Program-made: the position numbers and the translations under genes
Assembly (NCBI GenBank): GCA_964016885.1
Contig: OZ024743.1
Span: 114,886,001 to 114,950,000 of the forward strand
Length of the DNA stretch: 64,000 nucleotides
Reading direction: 5' to 3'
Source: Eledone cirrhosa
Taxonomy: Eukaryota
Shown here: positions 12,961-26,154 of the stretch, one piece after another
Layout: each line of letters starts with the position of its first letter
How positions within the stretch are numbered: position 1 is the first letter of the stretch
The notes under the pieces: model-generated
Databases searched by the model: none
Seen by the model: the letters and a program-made list of their open reading frames with translations, nothing else
What the model was told of the DNA's origin: nothing

Positions 12961-15030
12961 ATAAGAACAAAAGATGGTTAAAAGAGTTCCATGTATTTTA
13001 TTATGCGCATTTCAAAAACAAATATCATCATGCAATAATATTTGTGTTTTCATCAGATAAAACAGGAAGACATGATATGAAGGTTAAAAAACACTTGTGG
13101 ATAGTTCAGTTTTAAATCAACATATGAGATGTAGTTTTAGATTGATGTGTGATATTGGGAAATATATTTTATTTAGAGGGGGTGGGTGGAAAGGATGAAA
13201 AAGAGGAGGAGATGAGAGTAAAAAGTGGAGAGGGAGGAGTATAATGAGGAAGGATGAGATAGGAGGAGAGATGGGTGATGGAGAGAGAGAGATAGCTTTT
13301 ATAACTGAGTAAGATATATTGTTTTACATAGAGAGGTTGAAAACCGTTGGAAGATAATGTATAAATTAAAAGAATTTGAAAATTAACGAAGAGAAAAATA
13401 ATGTAAAGTTAAGGTTTGTATATTAAAGGGTTGATAATATGTGCGATGAAAAAGAAAATGTTAATATGTATTGATAATAATATTTAAGGGTTTAATAATA
13501 TGTGCGATGTTAAGAAAATATAGATATGTATTATTAAAAGGAACAGCAGGTTATTTAAGTAAGGAAATATTGTGAGATGAGCATGAAAGGGAGAAAAGAA
13601 TAATGAATTGAGGATGAATAATCTAACTTTAAAACAATGTATATGTTTACGAAGGATTTTTTACAAGGTGATATAGAGTAAGAATGTATTGTATTATGTA
13701 ATAATTGATTCTATGTTAGGCAAGAGTGAGAAAAGGTACAGATTAGGGGTTAGACATTAAAAGAAGAAGAGAAGAAAGGGAAGTGATAAATAGGAGCGAT
13801 GTAGAATGAGTAACAAGTATTATAGAAAGTATAATAACCTTTGAAAATAAGGTAGAAAGATGGGTATATTTTTAAAAGAAGTGTATATATATATATATAT
13901 GTGCCTTTGAGAAAAAGATTCTAAATTGATAAAGAATTGAATATTAGCTGTATACTTTGTGAAATGTTTTATGGAATTTATGCAAGCAGATAGAAAACAA
14001 GTCAGTGCGTCTATTTATTATAGAATCTAGATTAGAAATAATGGTAAATTTTTCATTTAGACAGAGATTGCAAATTTTGGATAGAGAACTGTTCAAGTAT
14101 GGGAATGCAGAAGAAACCTTCTTCCAAAAGATGCTATATTTAATGTTTTTGTCTTTCAAGGACCATATGAGTTCTGAGAGAGCCGTGTTGGTTCTTTTAA
14201 GTTTGTATTTAAAAGACGAATGATGGTTATAAAGACGAGCTTTAAAAGAGGTGGAAGTGGAGCCAAAATAGGTGAAGGAATTGGTGTCAGTTATAACTTT
14301 ACATTCGTAAATTAAGTTTTTATCAAGACAATGGTTGTTGAGAGGACATTTATTTTTAATAGGGCAATTGCAATTGCGATTAGAGAGATTATTAATGAGT
14401 GACCTAGTGTTATCTATAGAAAGAATTGGATTGGAGAAGTTATTTGCGATAGGAATAATAGTTTCTTGATTTAGAATGGGATTAAGAACTTTTAGCGAAG
14501 TTGTGTTTGACGTTGTATTTGGGTTTGTAGAAATTAGCCTAGGGTTTACAATGACGTCGGGAGTACTATTACTATTATTATGATATTCAGTGTTGGAAGG
14601 AAGAGATTTAGTATTTAGTATTTTATTGTTGTGTTTAGAGATAATGTTGGAAATGTTGGAGGATGTAGAATAGGAACATTTTATAGTGTGTTTGTTAAAT
14701 ATTTTACTATAGATATGTCAGGGAGGGAAGCATTTATTTAAGGCACTAAAGAATAATTTAGGAATATTGTTATTAATAGAGATGGAGAAAGGAGAATTAT
14801 ACCAGATTATGTTTTTGTATCTAGGTCTTTTATTAAAGTTATTGGAATGATCATGATTAATTATTCTACTGTAATTTCTTCTGGAATTTGTTTCTTTACT
14901 ATATTTGATTTTATCAGGATAGCGGGCTTTAGAAACCGCGTTATTATAGTAATTGGCGTTAGCATCAACTATGTTTTTATTAGAAGATAATAAAATACAT
15001 GGAACTCTTTTAACCATCTTTTGTTCTTAT
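12961..15030 (-). mobile_element. 5'-truncated PLE with 44 bp inverted termini
   Basis: Minus-strand fragments YYNNAV..IIWYNSPFS, YFGST and CNLCLNEKFTI. 12961-13004 is the reverse complement of 14987-15030. Flanked by TA tracts. Confidence 0.9.
12996..13062 (-). ncRNA. Type I hammerhead with palindromic stem III
   Basis: Minus strand: TTTTAT-CTGATGA-(AAACACAAATATTATT..ATGATATTTGTTTTT)-GAAA-TGCGCA-TA-ATAAAA. Confidence 0.85.
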
Positions 15031-15223
15031 ATATTATGTATACTCCAGTCCTACAAACTGTAGAGTGCTTCTTATCCGATATCTGCATTGCTTTATTGTA
15101 CTACAATAAAACTCACCTCCTACACACATATATATATATATATATATATACATATATACACATAAATATACATATATATATACATATATATACACACACA
15201 TGCATACATATATATATATACAT

Positions 15224-15254
<31 letters not shown>

Positions 15255-15255
15255 C

Positions 15256-15304
<49 letters not shown>

Positions 15305-15420
15305 TATATACACATATATATATATATATATACCTACATATATGCACACACCAACATGCATATATATATATACACATATATATATATAAACTCACACATA
15401 CATACATGTATACATATACA

Positions 15421-15482
<62 letters not shown>

Positions 15483-15779
15483 TATATATATATATATATA
15501 CACACATACATATATATACACACACAAACATACACATACATGCCAAAATGGAGGTACATATGAACGCACGTACACACAGCGATACACGTACACACGAACG
15601 GCCACTCATACGAATACATACAAACATGTACTCATAAATATACGCATATACACGGGCACGTACAAACAGCTCTATAAGCAGAAAATGCAGATAGGTAAGA
15701 GGGACTTACATAACCATAGTGTCGTGTTTCAGGTTGAGAAAGGATAGAGGTGGGGGTGGGAAGGAGGTAGAGGGGCTAT

Positions 15780-18060
15780 ATTGTCGGGTGGTGTTTAAAA
15801 AAAAAGGGGGGTGTCGGTTTTAGCCATTGGGCATTAACACTGGCTTAAGGTATTTGAAAGTTGCAAAGTTTTTGTGCATGCAGTTCTAGCAGTGTTGAGA
15901 GAGTTTGTTCAGTAGCGGGCCCTTGGCGAATAATATTTCGTAGCTCTCTGAGATACAAAGATCTTAACACTTGTGTCTTCCGTTGTATAAGCGCGCTTTC
16001 TGGAGTATTTTCCATTTAAGCGTGAAGGGGGTGGAGTTTCTTTTGAGGTCCCAAACATAGGAGGCGAGTGTTGTCTGATTTGATTTGTCCGGTCTTCTGC
16101 AGGGGTGGGTATGGGCATACCACCGGTCTTAAAGTTATTGGAAGTCATGCCGATGTAAGTTTTTTTGTTGTTGCAATCATCGGTGCCTGAGATGACATCG
16201 CATTTGTATACGATATCATTTGTCAGACATTTGTTTTGGGGCAGGCTTCCTTATTTAAGCAATTTCACAAGGCCTCAGTCCGGGGATTGGGTTCAGAGGT
16301 GGTTGGCTTATTTAATTTTTTAGAATTGTGATTGGCTATATTCCTAGCTAGGTTAGGTGTAGTGGAGTAGGAGAGTGTTATTGTGTTCTTATTAAAGATG
16401 GTGTCGTACCTATGTTGTATGGGGAAGTGTGTGTTCAGCAATGTGAACAAAATCATAGCTATAGGTGTAGAGACATCTCTATTGAAGAGAGGGTTGTACC
16501 AGATAATCTGCCTATACCTATTCCTCCTATGCCGCCTTGCGGTGGTTTCTAGGTAGGTTATCTTTTCTTTGCATCCGCTGCGGGTGAGTGCGTCATTGTA
16601 GTAGGAGGCAGAGGCGTTAAATATATCCTCATTGGCAGAGATGCCAGAGATTCTAATAGAGACGCTCTTTACTAAGGTATCAGTGATGTTTGGGGGTGGT
16701 TAGCATTAACATTAATATATCTAAGGGACTCATTAGATTTGTGGTACGGGTAATAGAAGGAAGTATATAGGTCGAGAGTGACATCTAAAAAGTTGGCTCT
16801 AGTCATATTAGATTCTATAGTTATACTAAATCCTAGATTGCGGAATAACGAGCTTAAGTTTCTCCGAAACCCATCGGTGGTTCTGGTGTTAACGTTGTCC
16901 AGGGCGCAGAGGCCGTCGTTTCGGTATAAACCTCTGGTTAGGCCAGTAAAGAGGTTCTTCAGGTGATGTAAAATGTACAGGCCCACAAGGTCGCTTATTT
17001 CAGCCGAGTCACTCGCTCCCATGCTGACGTCAATTGTGTCTGAGACTTCTTGTTGATCCAGTAAGATCCAACGTGGTATAGGAAGGTCTGATGGGCATGG
17101 AGGATAACATCTTGCTCAGCATCGGTTATGGTGGTAAAATTCCTGGCAAAAGTGATTGCGTCCTTCAGGAGGGCCTCCGAGATAGAAGCATAGTAGTTTT
17201 GTATGTCAAGTTGCAGGAAGTGAGTGTGGTGTTTGTCGGGTAATTCTTGGAACCAAGATATTGCTTCAGATGTTCTGCTCCAGAGTGGGAGTGGTGAGGC
17301 AGCCCGCAATGATGGTAGAACTCCACCAAGGATCTTCTTACTGATAGAGCCGATGTCCGAACGAGTGGGGTTGGTAAGTCTGACTGATGGTTTGTGAGGA
17401 AGTTTGCCTTATCGTCCTTCAGGATAAAGTGCGGGGTCTTTACCCTTAAAGGTTCGGTTCGGTCATGTAATTTAAGGGACTTGGCGATTTCGTTTCCGGC
17501 CGCATTTGTCTCAGTCAATGCCATCTCTATTACCTTTTTGTAGGTGGTCGTGATGGCATTTTTTGCCAGCTTATTGTACGTCCGTGAGTCTACCTCATAA
17601 ACGTTTTTGGTTTTATTGGAGGAGACATGAAGATTAGGGGATTTTTTATATTCCGCAATACAGTATTTAAGTAGGCCTGGAATGGTGTGGTGGCTCTACG
17701 AAATTTGATATCTTTGATCATCTTGAAGAGGTCTTCTTCAAATGGTTCAAGTAGGCTTTGGTCGGTGGTGCCTTATTCGTTTTGAAGCCGAACTTATCAT
17801 CATTGGTAGATGCTACATCAGGGTTATTGAGGAAGAAAGCTCTCCATCTAATTCGCTTGATGAACTCGTCGGTACGTCTGATGAGTGTTTTTAGGTAAAG
17901 TTTCCTTGGAGGGATGGGGATGTTCTTCATGGAGACATCAAGGTCGAGTTTGGTCAGGATAGTTTCTTGGTGATGGTTATAAGGGGCGCAAAGAGTGCTA
18001 AAAGGTAAGTTATTCCGGGTTGAATCGGAGGTAACCACAGTAAGTATGGTACTCAATACA
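15780..18060 (-). mobile_element. Near full-length decayed PLE ORF (N-terminal domain, RT, GIY-YIG)
   Basis: SMKNIPIP..RIRWRAFF; FLQLDIQNYYASI; MGASDSAEISDLVGLYIL; LYRNDGL (from YRDDG); FLDVTLDL; LSYSTTPNL; YIGMTSNNFK. Multiple frameshifts. Confidence 0.93.
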
Positions 18061-18138
18061 TAGCAGATTATATGTGTATGTCTGTAGATGTGTTTGTATA
18101 TGTTTGTATATGTGTATATTTATTTATATATATGTATA

Positions 18139-18216
<78 letters not shown>

Positions 18217-18244
18217 AGTGAGTGTGTGTGTGTGTTTGTGTGTG

Positions 18245-18736
18245 TGAATGTGAATGTGTCTGTTGACACCTGAAATATACCTTAAGAGAAACATGAGAAT
18301 AATTTGAACTGGTTTATAGAACTCTCTTGGACTTTGTCACTCTAAGTAGAGCTTTAAAGAATTAGCTTTTAAAGAATTTCCCTTTTCTTTAAATCTATCA
18401 ACCATGACCGACCCCCAAACATCTTATAGACACCTGAAATATAAGCATTGTTAACTTAAGAGAAACTTAAAAATAAGGAGTGGCACGCCAATTTAAAGAT
18501 GTTTATAGAATTATTTCTGCCTTTGTCATTCTAAATATAAATTATAGCCTTAAAGAATTAGCTTTTAATGAATTCCCTTTTCTTTCAACCAATGACCTCC
18601 ACCCATCCCACTCCCCACCCTCTCCTACCAACTGAAAAGATATAAATACCACAACATTTATCTTGGACAGCCAGATTCCTGATGATTTCTAGAGAATGAA
18701 ACAGTTCTAGTCCTGTAGAATCTCATCTATATTAAT
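18245..18736 (+). mobile_element. Non-coding PLE-like 3' fragment ending in a hammerhead
   Basis: The body is homologous to 10577-10883, has an internal duplication and ends in (TA)n just after the HHR. Confidence 0.7.
18673..18723 (+). ncRNA. Type I hammerhead with a genuine stem-loop III
   Basis: AGATTC-CTGATGA-T TTC taga GAA T-GAAA-CAG ttctagtc CTG-TA-GAATCT. Confidence 0.8.
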
Positions 18737-19059
18737 ATATATATATATATATATATATATGGGAGTGCTCAAGCACGGAGATGATATAAGATAGCTTACA
18801 AAATATGGTGGATACCTTTAAAGACGTAAAAATATGTTACCATCGGCCGTTCTGAGGAATCAAACACCATTTCTCCGAGACACCGGCTACGCGAAGAGAA
18901 CCTGATATCTCTTACTGTCTTAAATTAAATAGCTGTTTCGCAGCTATTATATACACATACACACACATATATATATGATTGTTCAATTACACGCTTATAT
19001 GAATGGGCGGGTATATGTATGCGTACGTATATATATATATATATATATATAGATAGATA

Positions 19060-19471
19060 AAAGTACCAAAATATACGTTAGTATCCAATCCCTATGGAGA
19101 ACTCAATGCAATCCAAATATCATGAAAAGAGAAGATGTATTCAACATTTTTTCGATATAAAAACACAGGAAAACAGAGTCGAGATAAATTAATAAAAATA
19201 ATGAATAAAAACAAAGAAAGAGTTCTTTATATTAAAAAAAACATCATTTTACGATCGTTTCTAGGATATATATGTGTGTGTAGGTATGTATATCATGTAG
19301 ATCTATGTAAATTTTTTACAAACTATCAAAGAGAATATACATACCTACACATATATATGCTGTCTTCAGAAATAAACTGAAGACAGCATATATATGTGTA
19401 GGTATGTATATTCCCTCTGATAGTTTGTAAAATTTTTACATAGATCTATATGATATACATACCAACACACA
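19060..19471 (-). mobile_element. PLE terminal fragment with fold-back (arms 19274-19369 and 19377-19471)
   Basis: Homologous to 26155-26480. It inverts at TGTCTTCAG-aaataaa-CTGAAGACA. Confidence 0.85.
19244..19375 (-). ncRNA. Type I hammerhead with ~100 nt stem II
   Basis: Minus strand: TTATTT-CTGAAGA-long hairpin (ATATATATGTGTAGGTATGTATA..TATACATACCTACACAC..ATATATAT)-GAAA-CGATCG-TA-AAATGA. Homologous to 26342-26485. Confidence 0.75.
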
Positions 19472-19550
19472 AAGCCAGTCCCACTCTCTTAACCAAGATG
19501 ATATTTACCAAAAAGTATATACATATATATACACACACACATATATATAT

Positions 19551-19638
<88 letters not shown>

Positions 19639-19656
19639 TCATATATATATCTATAC

Positions 19657-19697
<41 letters not shown>

Positions 19698-19719
19698 CTC
19701 ACATGCAAAGAACTACATA

Positions 19720-22355
19720 AGAAATATAGAAAAACAAGTGAAACTACGCTAGCAAATATTAACTACGAGGCATACAAGGTGGTGAAGAATCTCAAGATAG
19801 ACGATAGAATCGAGCCGATTATACCCGCAACGCCCACTTTTATCCTGAAGGACCATAAGGTAAATTTTGACTCTAACCTTAAGATTAGACTTATATGCCC
19901 TTCTAAATCAGACATAGGAAAAATTAGCAAACATATACTTGACAGAGCAATAACTCAATTGAAAAAGAAAATAGAAATTAAATTATGGGGCATCACTATC
20001 GCAGCAATTCGCTGGTTTAATAACGTTAAGAACAAGAATATACAATTTGACTTAGACGAATACTACTCTTCAATCTCACCCGGCACTTTACGGAAGGCCC
20101 TATCGTTTGCCAAAGAGATGCCGATCTAACGGAGGACGAAATTAATATTATTCTAGAGGCTAGAAAAACTATTATCACGTTTGATAACTGCTACTGGGAA
20201 CGTAAGGACAGACCCACAAATTTCGACATTACCATGGGCTCCAACGACTCAGCGGAGGTCACCGATCTTGTGGGAATTTACATAGCCCACATACTACGTG
20301 GTACATTTAGTAATCTACAGGGGGGAATATATAGAGATGACGGGCTCTTATTAGTTAATAACTTAAATAACCAAAATCTTGAAAGGCTACGGAAAAACAT
20401 TAGAAAATCTCTTAGTGAACTGGGTCAAAAATTAACGTACGAATACAATCTTAAAGTAGTAAATTTGCTAGACGTAACTCTTAATTTAAATACCGGACTG
20501 ATACAACCCTTCCACAAGATAAATGAGAACCTTACCTATATAAATTTTAACTCAAACCACCCACTTTCCATGATCAAATCGGTTCCCCGTAGTATTTCTC
20601 TTAAAATCTCTCGCCTATCGTCTGACTCTGAGATTTTCAGTGAACATGCTGAATACTATAATAATGCATTAAGGCATGCCGACCACCGGGATACAATAGA
20701 ATACATTGATAAGAATCTCCATAACACACATAGCTCTACACGAAATCAAAGAATATGTAACCGGGGTACAGAAATACAAGCGCACACACGCAGTAACACC
20801 AGGCATACTAATAATAGAAAATCATCACCAAATAAATCACGTTGTAGAAAATATATCTGGTATAATCCCATTTGTAATGCTTCGATTAGTACAAAACTAT
20901 CTCTTTCATTCTTTAAGTTAATCAACAAGCATTTCCCTAGTTCCCATAAATACAGTAAAATTCTGAACTCTAAGACTATTAAGCTATCATACTTCACTAC
21001 CCCAAACCTTGAAGCATACATAAAAAAACTTAACTTAAAGCAATTAAACAACACTACAAACAAATATTTTAATAACAGATGAGCATAACGTAGTATCGGC
21101 CTCCCAACCACTAAATGGGAGACGGGTATTACACAACCCACCTGTACTGCAATCCCAACCTATCCATTATATACCCACTACCCACAATAAAAACAATAAA
21201 AACTGTAACTGCCACCTACCTGAAAGATGTCTATTGAAGAATAAATGCCTAAAGTCCAACATTGTTTATCAATGCACTGTTGTATCGAACGACCAGAAAT
21301 GGTATTAGATCGGGTCTACCACTACCTCCTTTAAATCTCGCAGGTATCGTCATCGATTCTCAATTAAACATCCTAATCACCGTTTTGTGACCACGCTCGC
21401 CAACAAGACCTGGCAACTCCGTGAACGCAACCGACAGTTCACCTTGAAATGGGATATACTTTCCAGTGCTAGTGCATATCGGAGTGGATTGAAGTACTGC
21501 ATGTTATGTAACCTTGAACTATTTTACATCTTAAAATCCAAAAATAAATTACTAGATGATAGAATCGAACGATCATTATACTGCAACCACAAACTGAAGG
21601 CTAAATTCTCTCACTATAAAATAACTTAACATTCGAAACCGTAACTATAACATTGCTTTCTAGCTAACTATTTTCTCTCAATAACAACTTCTTAACTATA
21701 TCCACCACACTACAAGACAATACCCTGCTTATCACTATAAATGGATATTTAGTGCAATTTGTAGCCTACAACTATGAAATCAATGTACACCCATCCCATA
21801 GCTTTCGTCTGTCCCCTCTCTATCTCTCCCTCTCTCTCCATCCACCTCTCTCTCTCTCTCTCCCTCTCTCTCTCTATCTCTCTCTCTCCCGCGGTCTACC
21901 TCCCTCCCTCTCCACATCTATGAATCTGCCCTCTGTGGCAATAAATAATTCCAACCTTAACTATCAACGCATCGCTTAAGGTTATCGCTTTAAGAGTAAC
22001 CAGTATAATAAAACCCCTACCACAACATTTTGATTAAGATATCTGTATTCTACAAACCATTCTCTCCCATTTCTCCAACCCCTGCATATATCTCTCTCTC
22101 TCTCCCTCTTCACTTCTTTCTCTCTTCCTTTTCTACTCTATCTTCCCCAATAGCCTCACTTAAGGGTATTTACATTTTACATTTTAACCATTCTGCTCTG
22201 ATGATACAGTGGTCACAGCATTTGATAATTGAGTTTTCCAAATAGTTATAAATTTGCACATAGCATAACTAGGCTGTATAACCACCGTGGAAACATTTGT
22301 AAGCACACAGAATAAATTACCTTTTTATGATGTCTACCTGTTATTATTCTTTCTT
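19720..22355 (+). mobile_element. Decayed PLE: RT + GIY-YIG, 3' region and terminal hammerhead
   Basis: [25 protein letters not shown]; [11 protein letters not shown]; MGSNDSAEVTDLVGIYI; IYRDDGL; IWYNP; CMLCNLE. Confidence 0.93.
22191..22312 (+). ncRNA. Type I hammerhead with ~85 nt stem II domain
   Basis: TTC-TGCT-CTGATGA-TACAGTGGT-c-ACAGC..GCTGT-ata-ACCACCGTG-GAAA-CATTTG-TA-AGCA..CAGAA. Confidence 0.8.
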
Positions 22356-22513
22356 TATATAGATATATACATGGGAGGGTCATGTTGCCAATAAGAAACA
22401 CACGCACCAGCTGTTTCACTTCAATTTATTATAAATTAAATTTATAAATTTAGGAATTTATAAATTTCCGGTCGGTTGGTTGGTTCCACAACCAGACGTT
22501 TGTTTCATATATT

Positions 22514-22556
22514 GTCAAAGTTCTTTCGTCACACATTCTGTGACATCTTCAGTGAC
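22514..22556 (-). ncRNA. Type I minimal hammerhead (3' pLTR)
   Basis: Minus strand: GTCA-CTGAAGA-T GTCACA gaatg TGTGAC-GAAA-GAAC-TT-TGAC. Confidence 0.8.
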
Positions 22557-25500
22557 TGGGGATTCTTTTCTTTGTTTTTGTGCCTCTCCTTTGTTCTGTC
22601 CTACGCCATCTTGTTTTTGTGTGTGCTTAGTTTGCGCATGTGTTACATCCGGGTGTCTGTGTGTGTTTATATTTGTTTATTTATTTGTTTATTTACATGT
22701 TACTGGTTGGTTGTTTGTTCTATGTGTGTGTGTGTTTTCATTTTGTCCTTAATTGTAAGTTATGATGTTGCGATTCCATTCATGTTTTCTATTTAATTTT
22801 GGTTGGAGTTCATTTATGTTTATTGCCTCTGTGATTTGTCTAAACATTGCGTCTTTTCTGTGTGTAGATTCTATTTTTATTTCTGTTCTCTAATTTACCC
22901 TTATGTCCTATTTTAGCGTGTTGGTGGAGTACAGATGATTCTTTACTATCTTGAAGCTCTCGCCATTGTTTATTTATCCGTTCCCCTATACTACGAGCTG
23001 TCTCACCTATGTACACTATATTCTTATCTCTACATTGTCCTTCAGTACATCTTATGCTATATACTACATTTCTAGTTTTACAGTTAATATGGTGGCTTAG
23101 TTCACAGATTATACATTTCTTATCTATACAGGGAGGTCTTTGAAAAGGGTATGTATTGCTAATAAGTGTTTTTATGGAGGTACCTGGTCTTTCTACTATC
23201 TTAATATTTATATTTATCTAGGGCCCTACTGAATTTGTAAGCTAATTCAACTCTAGGGGATGTATCGATGAACATTACACTCTGGTATTTATTGCTATTA
23301 TACCATGAGATTATTCTATTAACCTTGTTCCTAGTTCTTTCTATTCTATTCCAAAATTTGCTCCTATACAAGGGGCAGGTCCCATTTGTATAATTATTTA
23401 CCATTTTTTTCCCATTTAGTTCTGGCTCCTCTATATACTCTGATTGTAACCAGAGAACTGCATACGGTGGATGAAGTGCTGTATGTGTCTCTCTAGTTCT
23501 TTGGGGTTACACATGCGGGACACATTTCTCATCACTCGTACCAAATCCTCAATCAGTATGTTAATTTTGGTATGGTCCGAAACAGCTGAGTTTCGGTGGA
23601 TCAGATATTTGGAAGTCATGAGTTTGGCATAATGGGAATGGAGGATTTGTTTTTTGTTATTAATGGTATCTAACCAAAGCCCTGTGTCTAGTACAGGTAA
23701 TCGATGGTTGGGGTGTTTGCTTGGGTAGTCTATAGTAACTCTAATATTCTGGTGGATGGAGTTAGTTATTTGCTGGATGCTTTCCATTGTGTTTTTCTCT
23801 AAATCCTGACTGTTCTCTACTGGGGGTGTTTATAACTACGATGTTTATATCATCAACGTAGCGGGAGTACATTATCAGGGTTAAAAGGTTGCTGTCTTCT
23901 AATTGTTCTTTAAGTTTAAGTTTAAGTCTATTGTCCCACCATACCATGAATAGGTTAGCTATGTCACCTGCAATGCTAACTGCAATGGCTGCTCCCTCCT
24001 CTTGGGCATATGTGTTTCCATTAAATTTGAACATATGTTCCTTAAGGGTTAATTTTATACTGGCCCCCAGCGCATGTGCAATTATTTTCTTTAGTTCATC
24101 GTGGTTTTCGGGGGTCCGTATAGATCTGGTCCACGCGTTCCATCTATCTGTGTGGGTTTTCTTGGCCATTGAGGTAATGGTAGGAGGTCTGCCTCTTGCT
24201 GGTCTTGTAGGGCACAGGTTGCTAAGGTCATATGCATCTACATAATCATTACTATAGGTAAGTTTAAGTAGGAGTCCCAGCTCACTGGTATCAATCCCAC
24301 GGAATTCAACCTTGCTCCCACTGATCATTTCTACACATTTCTCCACAGCAAAATCCACGTCAATAGATGAATATAGGGGCACAACATCCATACTACCTAT
24401 TATGCAGTTTGTTAGGTCCCTAGATAGGTTACCCTCGCTGATTCTTCTGAGGAGGTCCTCCGTGCTGTCACATATATCTGGGGACATTTCAATGATGAGG
24501 CGTATGATCAGGGAGAGGAAGTAGGAAAGTCTGTAGTTACTAGCAATGTTAGCTCCACAGAATGGCCATGTTGGTGGTCCTGTGACAGGGTCACTGCTCG
24601 TTTTATGGTCTTTTCGAAGCCCATACAACGCTGACACGTCATTGTTCCAGACCTGGAAGTTGTTGGCAGTCCTTTTTGGGGGGCTGCATTATATTTGTCC
24701 ACATCATCATATGGGCATTGAGGGTTTTTTCCCTATCCTCATGCTCTTGTGGTGTTACTTCTCTTATGTTGGTGATGTGGGGTTGCATTGCCTGACAGAC
24801 TGTCAACCGACATTCTGCCAGACTTGTCTGTTGGAAACCATGCAATCTCTCCTTTGCGCGAGCGCTGCACGAGTTTACGCAAGCCCATTTGCAGATTATT
24901 CTCCCAGTTGCTGGGCCTCCATTCTATTTTGCTTCTTGCTATACTGTTCTATAATATTTCTAAGTTTAGATCTAGCTATACTGAATTGTGCTTCTGTGTG
25001 TTCATCGACCTGCGACGGCAATTGCGTGCGTTTGTTAAAAGCTAAAGTCGTGGCGTGGACTCGTCGTAGGTCGAAGGACATATCGGAAGGATTATAAAAA
25101 GTAGAGTTCCAGGCTGCTGCTTTATGTGTACTATTGCTATTGTTATTGTTAGTTGTGTTGTTTCTATTTCTATTTCTATTTCCACCAACAGCCTCGGGGT
25201 TGTTTCTATGTCTCTCATTATTACTCCTGTCTCTTTCCTCTGGCTCATTGTTATTATCTAATCTATTTTGTGTGTCTGTGTGTTCGTCCTGGTTATTTTC
25301 TCTGTTAGTATCGATAGTCTGTCTTCTCCTTTCAATCCTATTACCTTCCCTTATTTCTGTGTTACTGTCATTACCTGTTTTCTGTGTCTGTGTGTTTGTT
25401 AAGATTGTGGTGGTGGTGAGAGGCATATAATGTGTGTGTGTTGTTGTTGTTGTTGATGTGTGCTGTTGTTGATGTGTGTTGTTTTTGTTGTCTCCGCGTA

Positions 25501-25780
25501 TGTTATTATTGTTGTGTGTGTTGTTATTGTTGTTTGTGTCTGCGTGTCTGTTGTTGTTTCTGAGTATGTTATTATTGTTGATATGTGTGTTGTTGTGATC
25601 GTTGTTTGTGTCTGTGTGTCTGTTGTTGTTGGGATGTATGTTGTATGCGTGTGTGTGTGTGTGCGTATGTTGTTACTTTTGTTTTTGTTTTTGTTTTTGA
25701 GGCTCCAACGTAATTTTGTAAACAAGATGGCGTAGGACAGAACAAAGGAGAGGCACAAAAACAAAGAAAAAGAATCACCA

Positions 25781-25823
25781 GTCACTGAAGAGGTCACAGA
25801 ATGTGTGACGAAAGAACTTTGAC
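25781..25823 (+). ncRNA. Type I minimal hammerhead (inverted pLTR)
   Basis: GTCA-CTGAAGA-G GTCACA gaatg TGTGAC-GAAA-GAAC-TT-TGAC. Confidence 0.8.
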
Positions 25824-26028
25824 AATAAATGAACAAACGTCTGGTGTGGAACCAACTAACCAACCAACCGAAAATTTATAAATTCCTAAATTTATAAATT
25901 TAATTTATAATAAATTGAAGTGAAAGCAACTGGTGCGTGTGTTTCTTATTTGCAACATGACCCTCCCAAAGCATGACAATATATATACATATATATAAAT
26001 ACATACATATATATATATATACATATAA

Positions 26029-26111
<83 letters not shown>

Positions 26112-26154
26112 TATATATACATATATATAAATATATGTATATATGTAGATACAT

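Larger units (their letters stand above)
22373..25967 (-). mobile_element. Near full-length PLE with ~245 bp inverted pLTRs
   Basis: RT: GSMDVVPLYSSI, GAAIAVSIAGDIANLFM, YSRYVDDI, LPVLD. GIY-YIG: NVVYSIRC..VYIGETARSIGER (~22960-23100). 22373-22616 is inverted at 25721-25967. Confidence 0.93.

Noticed and set aside
19720-21629. In-frame TGA codons as selenocysteine recoding in PLE ORFs
   Set aside because: The ORFs also contain TAA/TAG stops and frameshifts, and I saw no convincing SECIS. Ordinary decay explains them.
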